Assembly: GCA_043228905.1 (NCBI GenBank) | Contig: JBHGNT010000013.1 | Location: forward strand, 18,972,001-19,036,000 | DNA length: 64,000 bases | DNA from: Azolla caroliniana | Lineage: Eukaryota; Plantae; Polypodiophyta | Direction: 5' to 3' | Shown here: positions 12,181 to 31,800 of the stretch, in pieces | Position numbering within the stretch: position 1 is the first letter of the stretch | How the letters are laid out: every line of letters starts with the position of its first letter | Position numbers and translations under genes: made by a program | The notes under the pieces: generated by a model | What the model saw: only the letters and a program-made list of their open reading frames with translations | What the model was told of the DNA's origin: nothing | Databases searched by the model: none

Positions 12181-14099
12181 GTCGGTGTTGATGTTTTAGA
12201 TCTACAATATAATTAATTAACAACTTCTTAGCTTGTTCACAACAAGTTAATTAGACTTTTGACTATCTGCACGATTAGTTGCCCAAGTGGGTCATGCTCT
12301 TTCTAGTTTGCTTAATTGCAATGAATTCTAAATCATCTAACAAACGTGAAAGAAACTATAGATGCAATTACTATTGATAAAAGATATAGTTCTTTGTGGC
12401 CTACCCTCAAAACTTCAAGAAATGAAAAAAAACATAAATTTCCCACCAAGTAACTTGAAACAAATGATTTCTTATAACAATGCAAGAAGAATGAAGGGGA
12501 AACTTTCTTCTTATATGAAAGAGCCACCCTCCCCAACACATATTTCATGCCAACTTTTTGCATTTTTTAGCTATTGTGTGTCAATACAATGCACACATGC
12601 ATCTACTGTGATTTGCATACTTGAATGACTCAATTCTCACTACCACACTTCATGTATTGTACACCGAATCACAAATACTTGGTGCAATTTCAACTTATTT
12701 TATGTGGTCCCCAAACATAGGCAAAATTAAGCAAAAAGAAATCTGTTGCTCACATTGTAAGTCTTTTTGTGATATTACCGTTACAAATGTTCGGGTGGAG
12801 GACACAAGGAAGGCATGAGAAAATGGGTGTGCAAGCATTAGAGGAGAAGCCCAAATGAGGGGATGACAATATGAACACGAGATAGAAAAGAATATGGTTT
12901 ATAGAATGAATAGAGTTAGAGAGGATGGTGAGAAGATGAGCAAAGTTGAAGAGGTTGAATGAGAGAGACAAGACATATGGGAGAACAAAAATGAATGAAT
13001 AGTAATAATAATACATTATTACTAAGAAAGATATCAAGAATATGGATTGATGTCGAAACACACGTAGCTTCAAACATCAAAATACTACATATACTTGTGC
13101 ATCAATCTTTAGCTCTTTAAGTGGAGGCACCTAGTGGCGTCAACTATATTATAATGTTGTCAACCTAGGAAAATTTTATTATATGTAGAAGGTTGGTGGA
13201 TGCCTAACATTTGCCGTCTTAACGTTTTCTAGGTCCAATAGAAGATTAAATGGGGTAAATATCCTCTAACAGTGTATACATGGGGGCAGTTTTATGAGGA
13301 GTGGTACAAGATCAACCAATGTTATATGAACAAGAGAATGTTGCAGATGCTCTTTCTATGAGACATGGGTCGATGTAAAAAATAGTTATACCTATGAATT
13401 CACAAAAGAGATTGGTAAACTTGAAATATGGTAATTGGTAAGTAATATCACTATTTGGTATATTTGGAAGGCTAGATGTTTGAAGGTATTTCAAATGTGA
13501 CTAAAAACCCTACCCAAATAATTGTTGGGATTTGGATGGAGATTGTGCATAATTTAGAGGTTCTTTGGATAACATAAAAGGTAATGGGCAACGAGCATAG
13601 TGACAAGAATTGGAGTTTCAGGATTTTTGGCAAGGTGAAGTGGTTCTACTCTACATCAACGTATTTATTTAAGCAGTGGTTAGAACTTAGCACAAGGGTT
13701 GTTACCTATATGTACATATTTCTCGTGCAACCTTAGGGCGTTTCTTAATACTAATGTAGTATCTTTCTTGGAAAAAAAGAGTTAAGAAAATGCACTCAAG
13801 TTCATCATATTTACATGTAACATAGGAAACAAAAACTTGCACAACATATTATTTTTCTCATGGCCATTCCTCAACAAAGCTACATTAACCTTGGATCCAA
13901 TTGATTCCAACACTTGCTCTTTGTTAAGGGTTACCTTTATTTATCTATTTTGTGAGGTCTCTTTGTCAAAGCAACTCCTCTTGGTGAAATCAAGATATTA
14001 ACTCTTAAGCTTGTTGGTCAAGGGATGTGGTGGGTTTATTTAAATAACAAGATAGATGTGTGCTTTTAATGTTATTGATTAACACTAGGGTTAGAATAT

Positions 14100-15520
14100 T
14101 CATGTTTGCTCACAACTTACCATATGCATGTGTTATCAAATAACGCACTTTAGATCTAGCCATCGAGAGGTCCTCTTGTGTTTGTTATAGTTTTTCATTG
14201 TTTGGTTGCAACACTACGTCCCTTCTGTAATCAAAGAACACTTTATTATGCTGTTTTTGGTCATAATCACTTACATGTAACTTGACAAGGTATGCTCTTA
14301 TGGATGGAAACACGGATTGTTGGGATAGAATAGTTAGTGATAGTGGCCTAATTGCCCTTGATGGTGACTTGTGGTGATCCACCAAGGGTCCTTATTCAAT
14401 GCTCTTTCACAATTATCTAGATGGTGTAGGACACAAGCCATGAACCACTTACAATAGGTCATCATTGGATTAAGTATAGTTATTCATGGCGTGTATTGTA
14501 TCTTGAGTCCCAATTAAACATTCAAGAAATTACTTCATTACTAGAGGCATAATGTAACTATGTCTATTGGTCCCCATGTCATGTACATTATTTAGTGGCC
14601 GGGCAAAGGATCATCTTACTTGGATTTTGGACGTTGTGATTGGTTTTAGACTTAGTTTATGAAAACCTCCTTCACAAATATACTTTAGTGTATGCTTTAG
14701 AGAATAACTTTGCACACTTGCACAAGTAGGATGGTTAGGTACTATGTAAAATTGGAATAACTTATCAAAGAATTGGCAAGCCAATTCATGAGATGTTATC
14801 ATGGTTTTAATTGGTATAAATCTTGCAAATTTTTATAGTTGATTGATAATAACCCATATAGAGACATGACTTCTTTGTGTTCTAGGTAGGCCAATGATAT
14901 ATTGTCCCATTGATTATTAGGAATATCTAATGGATGGAAAAGACTTGCAACTTTAAGCCACTTAACCTTATTCAGTTGACATTGCAAACAATAGATCACA
15001 TACTTCTACAAGTCATAACATAATTCCGGCCAAATATTTGGGATATCTAGAACACAAACCTTCCTATTATGGTACAATGGATTGTTAGAAATGTGAAAAG
15101 TCAATCTTTGAGGTTGTGATGTTTTTAATGACATCTTTACCATTTTATAAACTCTCATCTAAATTATATCTTTTAAAGAAATATTTGCCAAGGTATGTTA
15201 CTCGAAGTTGATAAACAATATCATATTTTAATTAATTGAAGTTAAGCATGTTAACCTCACGAAATACAACTAAAGCATAAGCAATTATGTTCATTGAACC
15301 TTTGTGATAATGAATGGAAAAATCAAAGTTTTTAATGAGATATTCCCATTTTTGTGTACAACCAACAAGATTATGTTGATTGCAAAAATAAATTGAAGAT
15401 TGGTGGTTTGTTGTGACCACAAAATAGTTTCCATACAAACAACATCTCGAAGTTTTAAGTGCATGAATGATTTAATTAATTTAATTTTCTTGAAATGAAT
15501 ATTGACATTGAGTAAAACTT
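14100..15520 (-). mobile_element. Heavily degenerate Ty3/gypsy pol remnant (RNase H-integrase)
   Basis: Fragments FVVTTNHQS...KWEYLIKNFDFSIHYHKGSMNIIAYAL and CLQCQLNK...LFHPLDIPNNQWDNISL, with many stops and frameshifts. Boundaries are approximate. Confidence 0.7.
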
Positions 15521-15620
15521 AGAAGCTTACATGTTCCTCAAGCAATGCATACAAGTTCCTTGAGAATTGTGAAACATGTTATTCAAGTTACAAAGAGATT
15601 TTTATAGAAAACTAAGGATC

Positions 15621-16030
15621 GAGTAACATTGTTGTGATGTGGCATGCATAGAGGGAGAAAAGTACTAGAATTCAAGTTTATGATGAGTTAAGGGTTTGGT
15701 TGAAGACAAAACTAAAAGGACATTTAATGAGATGAATCTTAAATCAATAGTTGAAGTTAGCTCAAGCAGCAAGAGCTAACGCTTGGAATGATAAGGCTAA
15801 AAGTTTGAACCTGGTTAGGACCTCTGAAGTGAATAGGAATGAGTAACATTGTTGTGACATGGCATGTATAGAGGAGAAAATTGCTAGAATTCAAGTTTAC
15901 GATGGGTTAAGGGTTTGGTCGAAGACGTAACTAAAAGGACATTTAATGAGATGTATTCTAGTTGCAAGAGCTAATGCCTAGAATGATAAGGTGAACGGTT
16001 GAACCTTGTTAGGACCTTTGAAGGGAATAT
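15621..16030. repeat. Tandem duplication, ~220-bp unit
   Basis: gagtaacattgttgtga..tggcatg.atagag...actaaaaggacatttaatgagatg...gttaggacct begins at 15621 and again at 15841. Confidence 0.8.
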
Positions 16031-17425
16031 GTGAGCCATAATGAGAAAGTGATGATAATGAAGTGGATGGGCATGTTCATAAACATTTCATCAATAACAA
16101 ATTTTAGCTAGCCCATGTAGCGGGATTGAGGAATTTGTCCTCGATTATCTTGTTTTAGCCATCTTGGAATTGTTGTGAACAAATTTTCTCATATTCAATT
16201 ATGTATTTTGAAATATCTTTACCATCACTAGGTGATTCACTCCCAAATGACAATCATCACGAATTTAGAATTGGATCATTGGGCGTCAATCTATGAACAA
16301 AATCGTGTAAGTTGACAAGGGAGGTATTCAAAGTTGTTTGACAAACAAGCATCTAGAAAACTTGACAAGGTTCATGACAAAAATTTTGGATTGTGAATCT
16401 AAGCTCCGTACAAGAAATTATGATGAAAGAAATTAACAAATGTTGGGAATTGAACTCATGACATTGAGTTAGGGAACTCAAGCACCCATCAACTTGATGA
16501 TGTTCCTGATGGAAGAAATTTAGGCAAATGTACGAACAAGGATTGTATTTGAACATATGAAGGCCCAAACTCTTCAAGGATTGAATCCACAAAGGCTTAT
16601 GGGATTATTGCACAAAGAGACCCTTCGTGGATTTAATCAAGGAAGGCTTTTGGAATCATTCCATAAAGAGACCCTTCATAGAAACTCCCACGAAAGGGGA
16701 GAGAACATCTATTGTTATCACTGTTGTTGTTATTGCTGCTACTGATGATTGAGACATATGATCTATGCTGAAGGTGTCGTAATGTGGTGGGTCGAAAGGT
16801 AGAAATAGGGAAAAAGGGGAAAAGAGGGACAATCACATTAATGTGACTATGTATATATTAAATAAATAAATAAATAAATATATATATATATAATGATAAA
16901 AAGTAAATTGATAAATGGTAAGGTTATAGCCTATAGGTTGTATAGAGTTCAAATCCTACTTGGTATAAAGGAATTATCCTTTTACATATTTTATGGAAAA
17001 GAGGTAGGTGAGCATTAAATGCATTTGATGGCATCTCTCTGACTATAAAAAGGGAGAGGAAGGTTCATATTGGGGTTTAGTTGTTGGCATTTTGGAGGTT
17101 TTCATTTTCAGATTTTAGGATTTCCTTCTTCTCCTATCTTTTCCTTGTAGTTTTAGGGTTCAGGAGTGAGTTAGAATGAGAGATGAGTTGGATCACCTCT
17201 TCTTCTCTTCTTATGTTGGGCACCAATCATCACAACACATGGGCGTGTTATAGGGAAGAAACGGAGTTGAGCTACCAGCAAAGTAGAAAACCTCAAAGTT
17301 TAACTTAACCAATGTCATTCGTTAACTTCACTTGTAGTCACCTTCGTGATTGTTTTGTAACCATCATTACCATCGTTTGCAAATGCATTGTGAACCCCAT
17401 TTTAAAGGTTGCCTTTGTGAAAACC

Positions 17426-18203
17426 TTGGGAAGACCCCCCTAGCACACTTCATACCTTCTACTTGCATCGAGTCAACAACCTCTCCTAAAGAGATCATCA
17501 TCCTAGAAATCGTCTTCTTCAAAGGCCCGTACTTTAAAGAATTTGGCATCTTTGACACCGCATGTCACCGAAAACCCCTTAATACCTACATGTACCTCCC
17601 TTGGAGATCCTCACATCCCCTAGCACACAAAAAAGGCTTTATCACAGGAGAACTTAAACGCTATGTTATTCGGGAAAGCTCGAAAAAAACTTCATGGAAC
17701 TATGGAAGGAACTACGAAATCAGTTCTACGACTAGCTACGAGCCAAAGGATACCCTTCAAAGTTTCTACCCAAATGTTAATCGATTGTCCCGTACTCTAC
17801 ACGACCTCACTTACTCTCTACCCAACCCAAAAAAGAAAATCCTACCCGTTGTATTGAAGCTCCTCTATTCCCCTTGTATTAAAAAACTTTAAATCGGTAA
17901 ACTCATACGAAGCAAATTAAAAAGTCTTCTACGACACCCACGATATACATCCCTCACCCCCCCACTCATTTGTTGGCTAAATGGTAAAAAGTTAAGAAAC
18001 CATTTAATGCACTCATCTTTCCCCTCTACATAAAACCTCTTCATACCCCTTTTCCCCCCCCTCCTTTTCGAACACTCTCCACCACCATCCCTCCCTATCC
18101 CATCTATGAAGGGATCCTCCCCCCTTCCCTATAAAAGGAGCAACCTAGCAAGCTAAAAAATTTCACTTGCAACTAGGGCACTAAAGAGCCTCTCTTGAGA
18201 TGA
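17426..18203 (+). mobile_element. Penelope-like element (PLE) RT C-terminal fragment; left arm of an inverted repeat
   Basis: Translation ILEIVFFKG...DTACHRKPLNTYMYLPWRSSHPLAHKKGFITGELKRYV, then after a frameshift LRAKGYPSKFL. This fits the PLE RT thumb pattern KP.N...YL...S.HP...K.GFI.GE..RY...RGYP. Confidence 0.75.
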
Positions 18204-18251
18204 GGAGGAAAAAGAAGAGTTTACTTGCACTTAACAAATGCCAAAGGCATT

Positions 18252-19066
18252 TCACCTCAAGAGAGGCTCTTCTGTGCCCAAGTTACAAGTGAAAAATTTA
18301 GTTTGTTAGGTTGCTCTTTTTAAAGGGAATGGGGGAGGATCCCTTCATATGTGGGATAGGGAGGGATGGAGGTGGAGAGTGTTCGAAAAGGAGGGTGGAA
18401 AAAGGGGTATGAAGAGGTTTTATGTAGAGGGGAAAGATGAGTGCACTAAATGGTTTCTTAACTTTTTACCATTTAGCCAACAAATGAGTGGGGGGGGGGG
18501 GGGTGAGGGATGTATATCGTGGGTGTCGTAGAAGACTTTTTAATTTGCTTCTTACGAGTTTACTGATTTGAAGTTTTTTAATACAAGGGGAATAAAGGAG
18601 CTTCAATACAAGGAATGGGATTTTTTTAATTATTGGGCTGGGTAGAGAGTAAGTGAGGTAGTGTAGAGTATGGGACAATCGATAAACATTTGGGTAGAAA
18701 CTTTGAAGGGTATCCTTTGGCTCGTTGCTAGTCATAGAATTGATTTCGTAGTTCCTTCCATAGTTCCATGAAGTTTTTTTCAAGCTTTCCCGAATAACAT
18801 AGCGTTTAAGTTCTCCTATGATGAAGCCTTTTTTGTGTGCTCGGGGATGTGAGGATCTCCAAGGGAGGTACATGTAGGTATTAAGGGGTTTTCGGTGACA
18901 TGCGGTGTCAAAGATGCCAAATTCTTTAAAGTACAGGCCTTTGAAGAAGGCGATGTCTAGGATGACGATCTCTTTAGGAGAGGTCGTTACCTCGATGCGG
19001 ATGTGTTGTTGAGGCATGTGGTATTGGTGTAGGAAGGTACGAACTGTGCTAGGGGGGCCTTCCCAA
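18252..19066 (-). mobile_element. Penelope-like element RT C-terminal fragment; right arm of the inverted repeat
   Basis: Reverse-complement copy of 17426-18203. ORF 18466-19017 encodes nearly the same peptide as ORF 17350-17892. Confidence 0.75.
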
Positions 19067-19527
19067 ACTCCGATAACATTGTCGATGTATCTAGTGATGC
19101 CCTCGATTTCAACAAGCCTTTGATTCTAGTGAACCCTTGATTCCAATGACCCTTAGATTCAAACAAGCATATGATCCAAACAAGCCACTCGACTGGAGTA
19201 AAAATCCTCAATCTTAACAATGCTATTCCACATAAAGGGGGGTTTAAGCGAGACACCTTGTAAAGGGGTTTTAAGTCTTCTCACACGACATCACGCCCTC
19301 CCTAGTTCAGGTCCCACGCTCATCCACAAATTGATGTTTTGGGGAGAATAGTGCATCCTTCGAATAATCAAGGGTTTCGTAGTGGCGGGGCTAGTCAACG
19401 AACCTTTAATGAGAGGTTTAGATCCTATAGTGCATGGAAATCCTCATGTAATTCTTTACCAAGTTTATGCAATACATACGCATACAGTTGCTCATAAGGA
19501 GGAGAGTATTAAGATTGGGCTGATTAT

Positions 19528-19900
19528 ATGAAAGTGGTATCTTGGAATGTGAGAGGGGCTTGTTCTCCTCATACGAAATACATACATTTTACGGAAAAGT
19601 GTATTAAGGAATGGGATACATTATTTGTAGTTGTGCATAAGTGTCATGATTTAGCAGGGATTATAATATATTTGAGGGGAGATTGAACATATTATGTTGG
19701 TAAGCTATCTCATCACTATTCTAGTGCCATAATGATTGATTTATGAGATATGTTTTGTCCATGTATAGCGTATAACGATCCATGCAGACGATTTTTGGTG
19801 ATGGAAACCAATAATTTTGGCGTGATGATATGGTCAGTTGGGATATGGGAGTTGTGTGCTATGTATGTATATAAATGAAGGCACTCAGCAAAATCTCTCG
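19528..19900 (+). mobile_element. Degenerate LINE ORF2 N-terminus (APE endonuclease remnant)
   Basis: ATG at 19528 gives MKVVSWNVRGACSPH, the SWNVRG motif that opens LINE endonucleases. The sequence decays downstream. Confidence 0.55.
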
Positions 19901-20056
19901 TTTTTCTGCATTTTGCCACTGGAGATAAGTAGCAGTATGTAAATAGGAAGAAGATGATGAAGATTTAGGCATAGATGATGCTGAAGCTGAAGGTATAACC
20001 ACGAATTGGTGCCCTGTGGCAGCAGAGATCAATCAAATAAATCAACATACACAAAG

Positions 20057-25942
<5,886 letters not shown>

Positions 25943-27586
25943 GTAATAAGTGCCGTACTAGTTCGTCCAAGGTCAATGAATAAAATATGCCAAGCCGTGT
26001 CATCATAACCCTTATTCTCATTGATGACCATTAATTGCATAACCCAAAATTGTGCTATCTGTATGTATGAATGACATCATTGAAGAAATTCAAATTTGGG
26101 TTTCTTCTGAAATTCTAGATGTTCAAAGTTTGGTGTAAGTTTTCAAGTCAAACAATTTATCTTTTGAAAATCGTGCAAACTTAAAGTTACTATGAACATT
26201 AGTGTATATTGTCAAGTATTGCTAGGTGTAGTTTGTCAAATCTTTTGTACTATAAACCATCCATTCATTTTGCATGGTAAGTGAATTTTAATACATTACA
26301 TGTGTTAATAGAACTCATTATTCTGACCATCTTGAAGGATGTTTAATTACAAGCTAGCTTCTAGTTTAGTGTATTATTTGAAATGCTTCACATACTCATG
26401 CTACATGACTGTGCTTTTGAAAAATCTGTGTCCATATTCATTCAAGAGACCCTTTAGTGATTTTACATCCAAATGGAAGGCATAGTCCTATAGTGCTGTA
26501 ATGATTTGCAAGCCTTGCTAAGATCACAAGAAGAGAATGCTTCAAACAGAAACGAAGGACCACTTGACATGATCATAAACATTCTCTAAATCTGTTGCAT
26601 CATAATCAATTCTTAAAGTATGACCATATTGCATTGAGTTCATTAACTATATAAATGCTAATATAATCAATTTGACAAGATCTTCATAAACACCATATGC
26701 AATCCCGTGACAAAAGAAATAAGTTATCATCGATGAATCAACTCTTTAGACTATTCATGGGGCACCAATGACTACTTATGGGCGATTTTTTAACATGTGT
26801 TATTGATGACTTACAATTTACTAACAGAACATTCAATCATGGATGATCTTAACTAAACATTGTGGGATTCATTGGCTATTGATGTTCTTAAGTTGGATGT
26901 ATAAACTTGATTGAGTTGAATTGAAATGGTCTAGGATTTACCTTCCAACCTACAAAACATAGACAAACATGGCATCAATTATATAGTGTGTGTGATGCTC
27001 AAGTATTCATTTTTACCAGTACTACATCTTATAGTGCTATAAGGTTTGGGTCTCTCCTTGTTTGTTTGGAGGTTTGCAATCAATCCATTGACATGATCAC
27101 ACTCTAGACTCTAGACAGACACTAATCTCCCTGGCAAGCTCCCATTATGGCATGAATCATTCTCTTTATTTGCATGGGTGGGCACAATCAACTAGTAGAG
27201 AGCATTGTAATTCCTTGCAAAAAGACTTATTTATGTCTTCTCAATCATTATTTTGGCATGAAAAAGCAGATATTTTGCTCTCACATTAATTGCTTGTTTA
27301 ATTTGGGAGTCTATGAAGCTTGAGATGTAGTGGATGCTTGATCTTGGAGATTAATAGACTTTGTTGAGGTGCCAACATTATTATACATCCCACCCAAATA
27401 TGGGTTTATTTCAAGTAGAAATTACATATGTAACATTGATGGAGGGTTCTTTATCAATATAAACCGAAGAGTAACCATGGGTTGATTGAAATTTACAGGG
27501 TTACTAATATCCCTTGTATTGTTGCCCTATTGAGTTTCTTCAATGGCTATAATATAAAGTTGAACAAGAATTGAAGGAATGGTGCC

Positions 27587-27795
27587 AGTTCTTAAAATGT
27601 GGTTGGCATTCTTAATTGCAACTTCTAGCAAGCGTCTTCATTTAGAGAGTATTGACTCGAGCTTTACCTTTGGGATTAACTTTGATTATTGATGGTGGTA
27701 GTTCTTAAAATATAGTTGGCATTCTAAATTGCTTCTTCTAGCAAGCGTCTTCATTCAAAGGAGTATTGACTGGAGCTTTATCTTTGGGATTAGCT
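27587..27795. repeat. Short tandem duplication (~95-115 bp)
   Basis: agttcttaaaat...gttggcattct.aattgc..cttctagcaagcgtcttcatt...gagtattgact.gagcttta..tttgggatta appears twice. Confidence 0.75.
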
Positions 27796-28367
27796 ATAAA
27801 GTGACATGGTTAGCAATATGCAATTACTTATCTTCCAAAGTGGAAGATAGCATTTTGCTTCAGCCATACAAAATAGTTGCAATTACCTTCTTCTAAGTAT
27901 ATTGGAGGAGAGGGCCTCTTTTAGTGCTTTGAGAGCGAGCGAGCGAGAGAGAGCAATTCCCAACCAAGAGAGCCCAGGTAGGCTCTAGAGCTTGACGACG
28001 GACACCCTTTTTTTGCCCGGCTTTCTTTAGGGTGTGGACATTGTGTACTACCTCGTTCCATGCTTGTGGATGCACTCTTACTAATGGTCTCGAGAGAGAT
28101 CTACCCACAATGCACTCTTCCTATTGGTCCCAAGAGACCTACCGAACATAATATGTTCATCATCAGGTGTCTTCATATGACCGACCATCTTAAGTGACTC
28201 CCCGAGAGAAGGGTGCCCTACCAAGATGAGGACACAAGGAAGATCAAAGGCCATAGCAAGAAGAGCAAGGCCAAACAAATCATGATAATGCATGGGGATA
28301 GCTAGAGGAGACCAAAACCAGATATTGAGAAAGGAGAGGCCTATGTAAATAAAGAGGAAGAATTAAG

Positions 28368-28415
<48 letters not shown>

Positions 28416-28580
28416 AGTGAGAAGTAGAAGGAAACCCTAACCCTTCCATGGAAAAAAATGAAACCCTTTGCCTGCACTCAAATGAAAACCCTAATTTTGG
28501 GCAGGGTGGGAAAGGGATAGGGCAAATTAGCACTTCAATTCTATCATAGTATTGTAGAATTTCTATATGTTACAAGAATC

Positions 28581-28613
<33 letters not shown>

Positions 28614-28894
28614 TCTTCATGGATTATTACACAAAAGGTCTCTACAACAAGCCTGGCGATGGAGAATTGCTGGCTTGTGTAATGTCTTAACAAAAGAATC
28701 CATGGACTCAGGCCGTCTTTCTGGAGAAAGGGGGCCGCCTGATGAGTCCTTTATTGAAGCTATGGAATTATATCCATATGGCCTTCCCACCACAAAAATG
28801 GGGTTTTAGTGAAAATGGCAAATGTTTATCAGATTACATGAGCCTGAAGATGGAGAAAAATGAATAGATAGATAGATCTCTGTGTCTCTTCAAA

Positions 28895-31800
28895 TCAGAG
28901 CCCAAGCTGTGATTTCATCTCCTCATAAGCCATGTAGGTGATGCTAGCAGCAGGAATAACTTTGAGGAGATTAGGGAAGAGACCTTTGTAGAAGGCAAGC
29001 AGGCCTTCCTCGTGGTAAGTCTGCCGGAAAACATCGATCATTCCTGTATATCGGTTCTGTGAATTCATCGGTTGGGCCTGCAACCTATATATAACAACAT
29101 ACCTAGGGTTAATCCAAGCACAGGCAGACAGACACCTATATACTCAGAAAAACAACAATTCCTTCTTCAATTTGTTTGTTCTTTTGTTTGCACTGGTGAA
29201 CTGACCACCTTGCCTGGTTCTAACAAGCTGCAATGGGTAGACACATGTTGCTCCGAGCGCACCCGAGATCATCCCGCAGCACACTTGTATCAATGGCCCT
29301 GGCTCTGCAGAAATCCCAAGCCCAACCATCACATTAATCTTACTTAGCTTTTGTTTGGAACCCAGAAACCGGAAAAAAGAAAGAAAAAAGCTTCTCTTCG
29401 GGAGCGCATAATCAATCACAAAATGTCAGACCTAAAAGAGATCAGTTAGTGTCGGACCTAAAAGAGAGATCAGTTAGTGTGCAGTTAGTGTGCAGAACTC
29501 AGAAACCCCAAAAAATCTTCTCTTCGGGACTGCATAATCATCACACAAATGTCGGACCTAAAGGAGATCAGTTAGTGTGCATACACACAGAAAACATATA
29601 TATTCATCTAGACCAGGCAGATATGGCTGTCATGATTCTATGAAAGCAAAGAACAGGCAACAGGAGATCAGTTAGTCACTGTGGTGCATACAACACAGAA
29701 AACATAATATATTCATCTAGACATGCAGATATATATGGCTGTCATGATTCTATGAAAGAAAAGAACAGGCAGCAGGAGATCAGTTAGTGTGCATACAACA
29801 CAGAAAACATAATATATTCATCTAGACATGCAGGTATATATGGCTGTCATGATTCTATGAAAGAAAAGAACAGGCAACAGGAGATCAGTTAGTGTGCATA
29901 CAACATAGAAAACATATATGTTCATCTAGACATGCAGATATGGCTGTCATGATTCTATGAAAGCAAAGAACAGGCAACAGGCAACAGGCTCCTCCCTACT
30001 TCTAAACGAACCAGAGATTTAAATACCATGATCTTCAGGAAGCCATTGGCGGGAGACATTCTTCAATGATTCATATGCTGCAAGGTCGATCCCAGCATAG
30101 GGGATCATGCCGATGAGCGATGGCAAGAGCCCTCGATAGAAGGCTCGAGGCCCTTCCTGCTGCCATATATCCTTGGATAGCTTGACTGCGCTGGGAGCTC
30201 TTCCATCGGCAGAGGTGAAGGTCTGCAGCCGTGTCTTGAGCAGATCCATGGGGTAGATTGCGGTCTGCGCGATGGCACCTGCGGTTCCACCTGCGAACAG
30301 GCGGCCCATACCACTGATGTCCTCCTTGCTGCCCAAGCCATCGACGCTGACGACCACATCCTTCATCATCTCGTAGGAGTAGAATTTGATGGCAGATTCA
30401 GGGGCGACTTTGATCACATTGATGCCATTTCCCCTGAAGAACCCCAGGAATCCGCCTTCCCTGTACATCTTGAGTACGCATGGGAGGATCCGAGCTCTTC
30501 CCCGCGGCTGCGGCGGCTGCACGGAGTGATGATGGTCTCTTTCGACCTGCAAGAGCACCTTCAGGCGATCCAAAGGTGCGGTCGCAGTGCGAGACAATGC
30601 TCCGGCGACCCCACCTGCTAGGAAGTACTTGGCCGCCTGTACATGCTGTTGTGGCGGCTGGGCTGCCCCAACGCCATTACCAGTCCCTTCCTCTGCGGCC
30701 TCCCCTGCATCCTGCGCCCCCATATCCGCCAAGCTAACCTTCTCCCAGTATTGGTATATGTTTGCGATCGTTGCCGCATGAGGATACAGAAGCAGGAAAT
30801 CCCTCCACTCCCTGAAACTGATGATCCCATTGTTATCCTTATCGATGTGCTCCACAAATTGGTTCAGCTCCTTTGCATTCAGATGAATACCTGTTGCACC
30901 ACACCCCAATGTTTGCACAGTGTTGAGATACACTCCGATTGTGATGAGAGAAAAGAAAGAAAAAATGCATCTTTTCATCAATGATGTGCATGAGTAGAAG
31001 AGAAATACAGAGGCCAAAGCTATAGCTGCAGGGGACTCATCCATGGTTATTGTAAACAAGGAAAGACAAGTGTGTGTGTGTTCGCATTCATTCATTCAAG
31101 GCTAACTAGCTATGGTGATGCCATCATCATTGCCCAGCAGCTTCTGATTTGGTGCAGTTTTTGGGCCATTGATTAATTTAACCCTAGAACCCTAGGAATC
31201 ATCATCATCAATGATATAATAGGCTCTCTTGATCTAACTGGCCACTTCCTTTTCCACCAGAATCATAAGCCTTAATATCGATTTGTGATCCTCTTTGCAA
31301 AACTTATACCGAATTTGGAACTTTTAAGCACTTGATTATATTATATACTGCAATCGATATTTCAAGCATGATTCATACACCTAATTCTGTGTGAAGACAG
31401 AATACCTGAATTCTGCAATGCAACGCCCAGCTCCTCGGGTTTAATACAGCCATGGTGCTTCACATCGATATCTCGGAAGATCATATACAATTCCAGCTCC
31501 TTGCTATCCATATATCCACTGAACTCCTTGAAATCCACATGATCATCTCGGTTAGAATCGCAAACATCCAGTAGATCCTTAGCATACTTGTACTGTGTCG
31601 GAATATCAAGGGCATCGAAACCCTTCTCAATGTCCGAATGATCCAAGAAGCCTTTCCCAGAGATGTCAAAAAATTGGAAGAGGTTGTGGATGCGGCGATC
31701 TCTCTCCTCTAGGCTCTCATCGAGAGCCAACAGAACCTCTGAGAGGGTGATCGGGGTAGATCGAGGGATCGGATTGCAGTCTGACCCACGATTCTTCGAT

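Noticed and set aside
30891-31095. N-terminal 68 aa of the 358-aa ORF 30019-31095
   Set aside because: Intron sequence read through in frame; the real exon starts at the AG acceptor at 30890.
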